From an uncultured virus (IMG/VR IMGVR_UViG_3300025131_000022) (lineage: Duplodnaviria > Heunggongvirae > Uroviricota > Caudoviricetes), in IMG/VR virus record IMGVR_UViG_3300025131_000022: a DNA stretch of 64,000 nt, one strand, 5' to 3'. The notes beneath the pieces were generated by a model. That model worked only from the letters and a program-made list of their open reading frames with translations, had not been told where the DNA came from and ran no database searches. The translations under genes were made by a program, and so were the position numbers. Within the stretch, counting starts at the first letter, position 1. Every line of letters begins with the position of its first letter. Shown in pieces: positions 49,201-58,102 of the stretch.

Positions 49201-49765
49201 AAGTGCCATTATCATTATAATTATATGCTGTGCATCCACTTTTAGCTGGTGTTTCAGTATAGGTTGTAGGGTTATTTTCAATTACGGTAACTGTATACAT
49301 CCCATTTTCTATATTATCAAAAGTATGGGTGGTATCTGACGTATTTCCGTAGTGAGTATCTATAAGTTTATTATCTTTTCTAAGCTCATATATGTACGTT
49401 GGGGCTTTTGTAGTGGAATCTGAAACTGTTATTACTCCAGTCTTATTAGGGTCTAAAATGCAGCTATCCGTCGTTAAACTAGCAGCTAAACTAGTTCCTG
49501 TAAATGCACTTATTGTTATCTGTGTAGTTCCAGTTGCCCCTGTTATATCTGTTATTGTTGCAATATAATCTCCTGCACATAAATTAATAATATCAAATGT
49601 AGATGCAGTTTGTCCTGTAGTACCAGACCAAGTTACTATATAAGGAGCGGTAGTAGCTGTAGATGCAGATACTTGTGCACCCATTATACTTCCATTACAA
49701 ATATTATTCGCAATATGTGTTACCACATATCCCATTAATTTTATTTCTCCACTAAATATTGCCAT
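46202..49765 (-). CDS. Large virion protein with SprB/Ig-like repeats
   Basis: CNGSI...PYIVTWS...NLCAGDYIATITD and FDNIENGMYTVTV; later VSVNGV / LSINGL..Q beta repeats. Confidence 0.6.
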   Translation of the reverse strand: MAIFSGEIKLMGYVVTHIANNICNGSIMGAQVSASTATTAPYIVTWSGTTGQTASTFDIINLCAGDYIATITDITGATGTTQITISAFTGTSLAASLTTDSCILDPNKTGVITVSDSTTKAPTYIYELRKDNKLIDTHYGNTSDTTHTFDNIENGMYTVTVIENNPTTYTETPAKSGCTAYNYNDNGTSYGWVLDTIINGTWENFVPWAPFYLYFAASWGPAITTGVEGIFDMGLKQDGEIDTNNPYVWLYTGTTSTRLTDTADDWYLGVSALTANEGDGNVGPDIARSAANIGKFYYEEQLNKFRVLYPTYNSLLNWVTYDPRINYGQPGNPIGISLTGATSGVTVQDLGIYDYTINASDVVILASTIYPDSGTLGKLLAGENANNSQYTGLHSLCSYNNYTWQMSFNSIGKLYAAYDDDTIGIVLASFRDDNGKYGPSDVTHTLSLQLNGNTGAISISDNATNQSYGFNKTTTTQFRNCNQCGTCVSADPDYGQTTLLTNNSYLTPLSAAGEWHSLASLRTKITRSGTTGEHFKIQFTETMGSGGTGGGTIIVGDSNPYNSQYEINFNLLDKTTWSGNSYSAYDSQSWLTEYTLCKYLGSRRIGVWENSQSNTSWYHLQFTGSPSQQHVEVPPCSAITGPSATVQITATTGTTAHIIQTSDRNRYTSSEPNVPKIKPRVNVSLQTIPLPTLTTVGLSRPNVKLSEEVGGEPTLSVYNTSQGGGAIVKFYFDGDNTDMLFGNMYAKFRIFPYITQLEEVATLPSYEAIFDTLPSYYEPSVQSLRLSGITIIPWSGCASGDSWEYIIRTSYLAKDKNSKNERWIDTASYPPKKYFSNTKDFYMAVVDNPPTPNLLLNNFVMPFTPPSMQIDNITVANMPETWMSGFSSSTYFHSAPSAFISQPLVSVNGVVQTAGVAGVAFEADNPYINEKSPARYPEVAGGMLQTGDYEILPSRGIRFFPETVQNGDILTVMYDRLGGSYTQYFTVPATISTTNTDMIYEENGYYYINLDKQSFGGVVLSINGLIQAPETTYIKVSDSKIQLMNDTTLYSEGDIIGLFYKTIYTIVGFTSNKEPQIPVTYLKDKPLGDTIRVKLFNNDGDLIDELTEIISEDFLGNIEKSFTLKPPAPGTYKYRVSITRQYPLLNGESVYTTTQTDIISFEISRDVFYSPSGVALINNLNPGQTTI

Positions 49766-49772
49766 ATCTTAT

Positions 49773-52700
49773 TTATTTTAATTCACCACATCTTTCCTCT
49801 ACTGAAATGCATCTTCCAATATAATCACACCAGTAATAACCAGCTATACATGCTCCCTCATCTATTCCACCGTCATCTACTTCTTCTTGGGTTGGGTCGG
49901 ACCCGTCTTCTCCCCCTTTTGGGGTTGACGAGCGTGACTCACAATTTGCTATACAATTATCTAGATTTGTGTACATTCCATCTGAGTCTTCTACACATAT
50001 TCCTTCATTACAACCATATAAAGTCTCTACAACGGGTTCACTCGTAGGTGGCCCATCAGTAGTTGTTGCAGCTAATATTTTTCCTTTTAACTTTACTGGA
50101 ATGCCCGATTCAGTTGTTACCTCATCATAATCCCTTAATTCAGTACAGTCTTCTATAATTACTGGTTTACACGCTTTATTTATTTTAGCACAATGAATTC
50201 TAGAATTAGTGACACACTCTCCACAATTATTAGCTTCTAAATCGGTAAACACACCACTTATTCCGTATATCGGGTCTATATTTAATCGTTCTGATACATT
50301 TTGGCCACAATCGCAAAAATACTTGCACATTGTTTTATTGGGAAGCGTTAATGGCTTACCATAATATGTAGATTTATCTGAAATAACTGTTATTTCTTTT
50401 CCGTTTATAGTAATTTTTTTGCCTATATTTTCTACCTTCCATCTATCAGGTCTAGTTTGATGTAAAATATCATAATCGGACTTAAGTTTAGTGGGGGCAC
50501 ATGGTTTATAAAAATTACATCCAGGAGTAATTACTATGTAGTGTGTCAACTCACCACCAAAAAAATTCTTAAATTTATTTACAATAACATATGATTGGGC
50601 TATTTGTGGAAAAGTAAAATCACATTTTGCTCCATATTCATCATTATATGTCGGCAAATAGAAGCAAAATACACCATCTTTATGCATTTTAGTAAGAGGA
50701 CATATGTCCGTAGAACATCTAGATAAGGTATAATCTTTTATGGTATTATTTTCTATTAAATTTTGCCAATTATTTGTTGGTGTTTGTGATTGATGGTCCC
50801 ATACTAATTCATTATTTGGGGCTGTAGAATCTAAAAAAGTTTGATTTCTAAAAGTTTGTGGGGTTATAGTTGGTCTTATTATATTTCCACACGCTTGGTC
50901 CGACATATATAAAGCTCCGTCTAATATTATTGTTTGTTGGGTTCCTCCTACCTGCATTTTAAACTCTTTAGACTTTTTTGTAGCATCAAAAAATAAATTT
51001 TTATTAACTACCTTAGTAGAAAGTTTTATTCCTCTGTACCAAGGAGATGCTATTGGTGTATCTGTAGTATCTAATTCGTGTCCTAGATTAATAGTAAGGT
51101 TTGTAGTTCCTCCACCACCATAAAAATTTCCTTTGGATGTTGAATTCCAATTTAAATCATATGCTAATTCTATAATATCCCCATTAGTTAAACTCATGAG
51201 TCCTGTATCGATAATAACGGGAATTTGTTTACCAAATATAGTGGTAGCTGATACACCACTCCCTATAGTACATACATTATAATTGTTAGAAAATTTATCA
51301 TTTTCACTAACATCTAAAGTTAAATAATTGTCTGCCGTACCATCTTCTTTACATCTTAGAACTTTGAATGTCTTTATGGTAACTGGGGTTGCAGAAGTAG
51401 TTCCTGTGGTTCCAGTAGTATACTTTAATAAAGAAGCAGTAAAATCAAAATTTAAAAGTCCGCTATTGCTTGGTGTGGTTTCTACTTCTCCACTACGTTT
51501 ATATCTATACCCTGGATGTAATTTAAAACCAGTATCTTGTAAAATAGTATTTGTTTCACCATCACCAGCTCTAATAATAGATGTATTTATTAATCTTTTT
51601 GTTTGATAATTATTTTGTGGATACACACCGGTGGTGGCAGTAACCCCACTTGGGGCTATTCTATCAACATAATCACACCATTTCGTGTCCGTATACTTAA
51701 TATCTAAATACGCTTTATAAGTAAATCTATACACACCACTACTCCTTACAGTATAAGTCATATAATGCGTGGGGTCTGCATCATCCAAAGTTAGTGAACC
51801 ATTATTGTTGTAATATACTTCACTAAAAGTATAGGGTTTATATTGTTTATTAATATCACCAATCATGGGTAATACTTTGGTTCTATTTATATTACTTATT
51901 GGTATACAGGTGGTGCCAGTCGTAGCACTAGTTGCGGTAAACCCTGAGCCACTTATACGTAAATCATAAGTCTCATCAGGTTCATTAACTGATATACTAT
52001 TAGCAGTAAAAGAACTATAAAGTCCTACATCTTTTTTCCCAAATGTTGTTAGATAAAAATCTGTTGCGGTATTTTCACCAATTGGGGAAAACCCATATAA
52101 TTCATTTAATAATTGTTTTTTTGGTTCAGTATTATCTGCCCCACTTACGGCTCCATGTGTTGGGTCTATATGAAAATCTCCTTCATATGGTTTGCCGTCT
52201 AATGTTAGATATTGTGTCCCGTCACTATATAGTCCACATTGAATACCTTTAAATTTATTAGTTATTTTAGTTTTCTTTCTAGGACAAATTAAAATATTTT
52301 TTATATATCCGTCACCATCATAGGAAAACTTTACATCATTAAATTCATCTAATTTACTTCTTTCAACCCATTGTGTTATGCTTCCATATGTTCTAGGTAA
52401 CCTTGCTCCCCTACCTTTATGGTATGTCGGGTAAGTCTCGATATTACCTATCTGTTGATTTTTTAATTTTTCAGTAAATGCTATTATTTGTTCTTTACTA
52501 GTAAATTTAAGGGAAATACATTTATTTGCACTGGATACTATTTCATTATCTCTTATTTCATTTATCCAACCTAACGGATATAATGCTTTACCATTTTTTA
52601 ATACCTTTTTAGTGGCTTTTATTTTACCATCTTCTATTTCTCTAGATATATTATATGGTATTTCTATTAAATTGTGTTTAGTTAAATTTATATCTTCTAA

Positions 52701-53528
52701 ATTAACATTCAAATTTTGTGGATTTTTTATTGCATAAACGTTACTACCTATTAAAGTTAAAGAGCACGCATCTACATTTTGTGGTTTTAACACTTTTTTG
52801 TAATCATATAATACTTTTCTTGAAGCTAAATCACTATTATTTAATGAGAGATATGTTGTATCTAACGTTATCTTTGGTGTTGTATTAATAATTTGTTTTG
52901 GTGGTAATATAGTGGTGGTATTTCCTTCTATAATTATTATATTTTCCTTGTTTAATTTAAATCCTAACGACTGAACATATTGGCCTTCAGATTGTATATG
53001 AATATCCATATCGAAAGATATACCTAAAGATACTTGTTTAGTTAAATTTGCTCCAGGAAATATCATTTGTAGAGCATGATTTTTGCTCAATACCATATTG
53101 GTAAATGGTTTAATTGCTCCTACACCTCTACTAGTAGCTTTATGGGTTTTAATAGAAAAGTAGTTTGGGTGAGATAAAAAAGCTCCAAATCCCCCACCAA
53201 CAACACTTTCAAACCCAAATACACCTTTACTATTCTTAAAAACCTCAAGAATTATATCTGATTCTCTCCACCCAAATATATTTAAATATGATTCTATCTT
53301 TAGTCCTTTTGAATCGAACCTTAAAAACATTCTATCACTAGTGCCTTCACTCACCAAACATATTGCTTCTACTAATATATCCGTATCAAAAGTAATAGTC
53401 ATACATTTATCCTTATTGTATGTTTTACTTCTTGTATTATCTGCGGTATTAGAAATAAAAAATAAAAATTTTATCTTATCTCCCAATATTCTGAAGTCTA
53501 TATTTGTATTATAAGTTTTATTTGTCAT
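49773..53528 (-). CDS. Large virion protein with Cys-rich C-terminal modules
   Basis: 1251 aa; YGCNEGICVEDSDGMYTNLDNCIANC and CIAGYYWCDYIGRC. Confidence 0.65.
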   Translation of the reverse strand: MTNKTYNTNIDFRILGDKIKFLFFISNTADNTRSKTYNKDKCMTITFDTDILVEAICLVSEGTSDRMFLRFDSKGLKIESYLNIFGWRESDIILEVFKNSKGVFGFESVVGGGFGAFLSHPNYFSIKTHKATSRGVGAIKPFTNMVLSKNHALQMIFPGANLTKQVSLGISFDMDIHIQSEGQYVQSLGFKLNKENIIIIEGNTTTILPPKQIINTTPKITLDTTYLSLNNSDLASRKVLYDYKKVLKPQNVDACSLTLIGSNVYAIKNPQNLNVNLEDINLTKHNLIEIPYNISREIEDGKIKATKKVLKNGKALYPLGWINEIRDNEIVSSANKCISLKFTSKEQIIAFTEKLKNQQIGNIETYPTYHKGRGARLPRTYGSITQWVERSKLDEFNDVKFSYDGDGYIKNILICPRKKTKITNKFKGIQCGLYSDGTQYLTLDGKPYEGDFHIDPTHGAVSGADNTEPKKQLLNELYGFSPIGENTATDFYLTTFGKKDVGLYSSFTANSISVNEPDETYDLRISGSGFTATSATTGTTCIPISNINRTKVLPMIGDINKQYKPYTFSEVYYNNNGSLTLDDADPTHYMTYTVRSSGVYRFTYKAYLDIKYTDTKWCDYVDRIAPSGVTATTGVYPQNNYQTKRLINTSIIRAGDGETNTILQDTGFKLHPGYRYKRSGEVETTPSNSGLLNFDFTASLLKYTTGTTGTTSATPVTIKTFKVLRCKEDGTADNYLTLDVSENDKFSNNYNVCTIGSGVSATTIFGKQIPVIIDTGLMSLTNGDIIELAYDLNWNSTSKGNFYGGGGTTNLTINLGHELDTTDTPIASPWYRGIKLSTKVVNKNLFFDATKKSKEFKMQVGGTQQTIILDGALYMSDQACGNIIRPTITPQTFRNQTFLDSTAPNNELVWDHQSQTPTNNWQNLIENNTIKDYTLSRCSTDICPLTKMHKDGVFCFYLPTYNDEYGAKCDFTFPQIAQSYVIVNKFKNFFGGELTHYIVITPGCNFYKPCAPTKLKSDYDILHQTRPDRWKVENIGKKITINGKEITVISDKSTYYGKPLTLPNKTMCKYFCDCGQNVSERLNIDPIYGISGVFTDLEANNCGECVTNSRIHCAKINKACKPVIIEDCTELRDYDEVTTESGIPVKLKGKILAATTTDGPPTSEPVVETLYGCNEGICVEDSDGMYTNLDNCIANCESRSSTPKGGEDGSDPTQEEVDDGGIDEGACIAGYYWCDYIGRCISVEERCGELK

Positions 53529-53537
53529 TTTAACTTT

Positions 53538-56500
53538 TTAATATCCCATCCCACCTGTTGGTGCTGACACTACAGGTGCCGCTGAGGTAGGTGCTGGGGT
53601 TCCACCACGAATTACTATATTTGTACCAGTTTCACCGTTATCGTCACCTAAATTATAATTTTTTAACCATTTTAAATCTCTTATATTTAATTCTTTAAGG
53701 CCATCAACACACAAAAGATTATGTGTACTACCTTTTTTAACATGTATAGATTTGGCTGTAAATTCTTTTTTATTACTATAAAATTTATCCGCTAATATAT
53801 TAGTTTCTTTACCTAATAATGCACTTCCAAAAATACTTCCTTTATTATTAATATTATAAGAATTTGCATAACTCGATAATGGTATAGTTTGATTCTCATT
53901 ATTTAATAAATTATTATAATAGGGAGTGTTTGGTTGTGGAGGTGTGGGCATTCCCATCATTCTTGCAGAATTACTAAATAATGGGATTGGGTATCCTGTA
54001 AATGCACTACTAGAAACCGATAGGGTGCTAGTTAACACGCTTTGTAAACTGGTTCCTGTTACACTAAAACATCTATAAACAAACTTATCTCTATGGAATA
54101 CTGAATTTTGTACTTTCATACCACTCGTCCATAGAGTAGTAGCTGGTATCATTTGTTCTACTATTTTTACCCAATAATCCCCTAAGGATTGTACATAATC
54201 AATCATTTTATTATAAGTGTATTGATTATTTTCACCACAATTTGTATGTAAATAATCTAAATATATTTGTTGTAGTGTAGGGTATCCTCCTGTTTTTCCA
54301 TCATTAATGGTCATCCTATTTTTTGCGTCAATAAAAACTTTCCAAAAATGTTCTTTAAATGTTTTAAAATCTATAGTTTTTGCATTAAATTGTGGGTTGG
54401 TGGAATCCCATTGTCCTCCCACATGTGGATATGGTAATGGTAATGACCCCCCGCTAAAAAAACAATCTGATTGAGCTGACTGTTTCCAAATATCATAAGT
54501 AATTCCTTGACCTATATTTAAATTTAAGTCTATATTTTTAACGTTTAATACTAATTTCTCATTATCTGTTTGATAGTATGCGTCTCTGTTATTAAAAGAA
54601 TAATCTCTATACTGGGTTCCCTGTTTAAGGACCCAAGATTTTTTATCATCTATCATTCTCGTTAATCCAAACCCAAAAGACATGTGTGGGAATCTTCTAA
54701 ACCTATCTAAATATGGACATTTCAATAAATTAGAATATTGTCCCATAGTCCAAAAACCACCCCAAGTAAATTCACTAAATTTATTTATTACATTAGGTGT
54801 ACATCCTGTAAGAGTAGATGCACTTAAGTCTATAGAGATATCAGATTTATGTTCTGCAGTTCTTTCAAACCAACCAGCTCCTCTTTGGAAAAAGTAATTG
54901 TTAGTTACTCTAGGGACAGTAGGATATCCTGCTGCGTCAATAGGGTAATCTATACGAGTAAATGGATTTTGTGTGGTCCCAGTAGAAATATAAAATTGTG
55001 CAAAAGGTATACTATAGTTTAAAGTACTCGTAGTATAAGACCCCCCAGATATTAATTCCCATTGTTGATTAAACTTAGTTTGTACTGGTACATAGGAAGG
55101 TATACGGCCCTTAACTGCCCACTCAAATTTAAACCCTGGACTCATCTTAATTCTTGCATCTGCTAAAACTACATATTCATTAAATTCTACCAACGCTTCC
55201 GGAGCACCTAAAAGACCTAATAAAAATTCTATAGATTTTCTTGTTCCTTTAGACTTAAATAGATAAGCAGTATTAAGTAATATTCTTCTATATAATTCAA
55301 TATCCAATTCTGTTGGTGTTGCTGAAACACTAGTTCCTGAATATTGTGGTGTATTTACCCCTAATACACTATCTAAAAATGATGTATTGTTTAGAGTACT
55401 AGGGGTGGACCACCCCAAAGTCTGTGCAAAATTCTTAATTAATTCATTAGGGATATTATTTTTTCCATCATAACTAACATTTGTCATGTATGCAATCCCT
55501 TCTACAAATGTTTTAATGTCATCAAAACTTCTACCATAAATTTGTAGAGTTTTTTCAATTTTTTGGTCTGTTCCGTCAAACTCCTTTAGTACTGGTGCTG
55601 TTAAAAAGCGAGATACCAAATTAGTTTTTTCCATATCTATCTCATCACCTAAATCCGCTAAAGCAGTTAAATATGTTAAATAAGTGTCACTACTTATATC
55701 AATATTTACATTATCTTCTAATGGCCATGTTTTAATTATTTTATCATAATATTTAACACCACTAGTACTTTCTTTAATTACTTTAAATGTGGATGTATAA
55801 ATAGGAGAAATATCTCTATTAACTAAAAAAGATTCTATACTTTTAAATCTTTTAAATTCTTCTTCCGTTTGTTGTTGGGTTGGTTTGATATAAAAACGGT
55901 CTGTTGTGGTTGTGACTACTGTACCACCTGTTGTAGATACATTAAAAGGATTTCCTTTAACTATAATTTCCAAGTAATCATTATTAACTGTTTGTGGTTT
56001 AACATTCATTAATTTATACTCTGTTTCTCCTACTGTCCCACTAAAACTTAATGTATATTTTTTAAATTCTTTAGTTAAATTTCTTAATTTAGCTACTGTT
56101 CCTTCTGCTATCTTTATGATAGTATCTGCTGATACTCCATAGGTTTCAAAATTATTTAATATCTGGTCTTGACTAATATGTTCATTTAATTGATTTCCAT
56201 TCGTTGTAAATTCTATACTAAATGGATTAGATATTATATTAACATTAGTTTTAAAAGTAGTTTCTTTAGTAGCTAAATTATATAATATATCATAAGCAGT
56301 AGTATTGCCAGAAACATTATTAATATTTACACCATCAACAAATAATGCTGCTGGAAAAAAATTAACGACATTTTGAGTTGCTACAGATAAACGTTTTTTA
56401 AGGGAACCGTATAAAACAAAGGTTGAGATGTCACTTATATCATTATTAACAAAAACTTCTAAATTATTACTAGATAGTTTACGAGCTAAATTAAGGTTAT

Positions 56501-56714
56501 CTATATTTAAAGATTCTAATGTTATAGGGGTAGAAAAACTACCTATATTGTATTGTAATGTAGAAGTTATATTATAAGATGACTTGGGTAGATTTATAAA
56601 ATTACCTAAAGTCATCTGCTGGGACCCCATAAATTGATTTCCTACTAGGAAATCACTAAAGGTATCTCCTCCGTGATTAGGGGCCGGTGGATATCTAAAT
56701 CGATTGCTAGCCAT
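53538..56714 (-). CDS. Baseplate wedge / tail P2-I-like protein
   Basis: FAQTLGW...LYRRILLNTAYLFKSKGTRKSIE motif. Confidence 0.7.
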   Translation of the reverse strand: MASNRFRYPPAPNHGGDTFSDFLVGNQFMGSQQMTLGNFINLPKSSYNITSTLQYNIGSFSTPITLESLNIDNLNLARKLSSNNLEVFVNNDISDISTFVLYGSLKKRLSVATQNVVNFFPAALFVDGVNINNVSGNTTAYDILYNLATKETTFKTNVNIISNPFSIEFTTNGNQLNEHISQDQILNNFETYGVSADTIIKIAEGTVAKLRNLTKEFKKYTLSFSGTVGETEYKLMNVKPQTVNNDYLEIIVKGNPFNVSTTGGTVVTTTTDRFYIKPTQQQTEEEFKRFKSIESFLVNRDISPIYTSTFKVIKESTSGVKYYDKIIKTWPLEDNVNIDISSDTYLTYLTALADLGDEIDMEKTNLVSRFLTAPVLKEFDGTDQKIEKTLQIYGRSFDDIKTFVEGIAYMTNVSYDGKNNIPNELIKNFAQTLGWSTPSTLNNTSFLDSVLGVNTPQYSGTSVSATPTELDIELYRRILLNTAYLFKSKGTRKSIEFLLGLLGAPEALVEFNEYVVLADARIKMSPGFKFEWAVKGRIPSYVPVQTKFNQQWELISGGSYTTSTLNYSIPFAQFYISTGTTQNPFTRIDYPIDAAGYPTVPRVTNNYFFQRGAGWFERTAEHKSDISIDLSASTLTGCTPNVINKFSEFTWGGFWTMGQYSNLLKCPYLDRFRRFPHMSFGFGLTRMIDDKKSWVLKQGTQYRDYSFNNRDAYYQTDNEKLVLNVKNIDLNLNIGQGITYDIWKQSAQSDCFFSGGSLPLPYPHVGGQWDSTNPQFNAKTIDFKTFKEHFWKVFIDAKNRMTINDGKTGGYPTLQQIYLDYLHTNCGENNQYTYNKMIDYVQSLGDYWVKIVEQMIPATTLWTSGMKVQNSVFHRDKFVYRCFSVTGTSLQSVLTSTLSVSSSAFTGYPIPLFSNSARMMGMPTPPQPNTPYYNNLLNNENQTIPLSSYANSYNINNKGSIFGSALLGKETNILADKFYSNKKEFTAKSIHVKKGSTHNLLCVDGLKELNIRDLKWLKNYNLGDDNGETGTNIVIRGGTPAPTSAAPVVSAPTGGMGY

Positions 56715-56719
56715 AATTA

Positions 56720-57640
56720 TTAAAAGTTAGTTATTGTACTAAACAGTTGACTAAAATCAATATTGTTCCCTCTATTTTGTTTAATTTCAAATAATTGTCC
56801 GTTAAATTGGTCTCTAACCTCATATAGGTCGTATTGCATGTATATGTTGTTTGCTCCTGATAAATCATATAGAGTATAGATTCCACTATCGATAGATTTT
56901 GCTTGATTTCCATAAAGTGCTATAGCAAGTGTTTCGAAATCGTGGTCTGCCATTTCTATATCCAATACTATAGGATTAAAGTAAGTGTTAGTAATTATGA
57001 CTGATTGTCCGGGTTGTCCTATAAATGGTATTGCATTAGGATTGTTAGATGGTGCACTAGTAGGTGTTAGTGTACAATAAACTAAATTTGTTTTTGAATT
57101 TGTATAAACATACCTAGGAGAAGTTTGATTTGGGTTTGTGTTATTTTGTTCTACCGTAACACAATAAAAATTGGAAGTAACTATTCTATAAAAATTATTT
57201 ATTTTTGCTCCGTTGTCAGCATCTAAATATTCTATTCTATACCCCACTAAATCCATAGGCGAAAACCTATTTCTAAACTGTATCGGTATAGAATTTAAAT
57301 CAAAGACTAACCCTTTAACATTAGGTAATGAGGACAAAATACCACAATCTAAAATTACGGTTCTAATTTCTACTGGTCTTATATAGACAGTATAAATTCC
57401 TTTATTTGCGAAAACTGCTGCTGGTAATTTAAAGTCATATAATCCACCTAAAATCTCACCTGTAGGCCCTCCTGTAGGAGCGCCGTTGTGAAGTATGGGT
57501 GTCAAAACAGTCGATGAATTTATTTCAAATACTGTAGGTGTTGAACTAGCGTCTCTATCTGCTTGTTGGTGTACTAAAATTTGTACGTCTTCGACTTTTA
57601 CATCAGCTGGTCTTTTAATTCCGTATGCTCCTAATGCCAT
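56720..57640 (-). CDS. Virion structural protein
   Basis: 306 aa beta-rich ORF in the structural operon. Confidence 0.6.
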   Translation of the reverse strand: MALGAYGIKRPADVKVEDVQILVHQQADRDASSTPTVFEINSSTVLTPILHNGAPTGGPTGEILGGLYDFKLPAAVFANKGIYTVYIRPVEIRTVILDCGILSSLPNVKGLVFDLNSIPIQFRNRFSPMDLVGYRIEYLDADNGAKINNFYRIVTSNFYCVTVEQNNTNPNQTSPRYVYTNSKTNLVYCTLTPTSAPSNNPNAIPFIGQPGQSVIITNTYFNPIVLDIEMADHDFETLAIALYGNQAKSIDSGIYTLYDLSGANNIYMQYDLYEVRDQFNGQLFEIKQNRGNNIDFSQLFSTITNF

Positions 57641-57643
57641 AAT

Positions 57644-57865
57644 TTATGGTTGTTTTTCTATTTTATAGTAACCGTATCCGTGTAATTCCAATTCTCCAGT
57701 ACTATTTATTTGTCCCATTCGTTGGGCTTTTTCAAAAGCTGTTACTTTGCCTCTTTCAATAAATATATTTGACCTAGTTTCTGGTCTTTGACAAACGTTC
57801 ATTAAAACCTCTAATTTAGTTAAAGGTAATATACATCCCGTCACTTTTACTTCATGTAATGCCAT
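57644..57865 (-). CDS. Small structural-cluster protein
   Basis: IFIERGK...ELELHGYGYYKI; preceded by TATTTAT. Confidence 0.6.
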   Translation of the reverse strand: MALHEVKVTGCILPLTKLEVLMNVCQRPETRSNIFIERGKVTAFEKAQRMGQINSTGELELHGYGYYKIEKQP

Positions 57866-57937
57866 TCTTCATTTTATAATAAATATCATAACACTTATTT
57901 CTATATTATATGTGGTGAATAAAATATTTTTTTCTTT

Positions 57938-58102
57938 TTACCAACATAAAGTTTCTGTAGTGTTAGGTGGACATACACATGGTATTGTACTTTCACTTAG
58001 TTGAATCTGGGCTCCTGTACTATTATCTACACAACATTTTAAACACTTAGTAGGTCTTTCTCCACCCATAACACAGTCACATTTTATCCATGACCAAACC
58101 CA
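57938..58102 (-). pseudogene. Out-of-frame C-terminal continuation of the giant Cys-rich protein
   Basis: Open 54 codons WVWSWIKCDCVMGGERPTKCLKCC...PCVCPPNTTETLCW in a different frame, overlapping the stop of the giant ORF. Confidence 0.7.
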
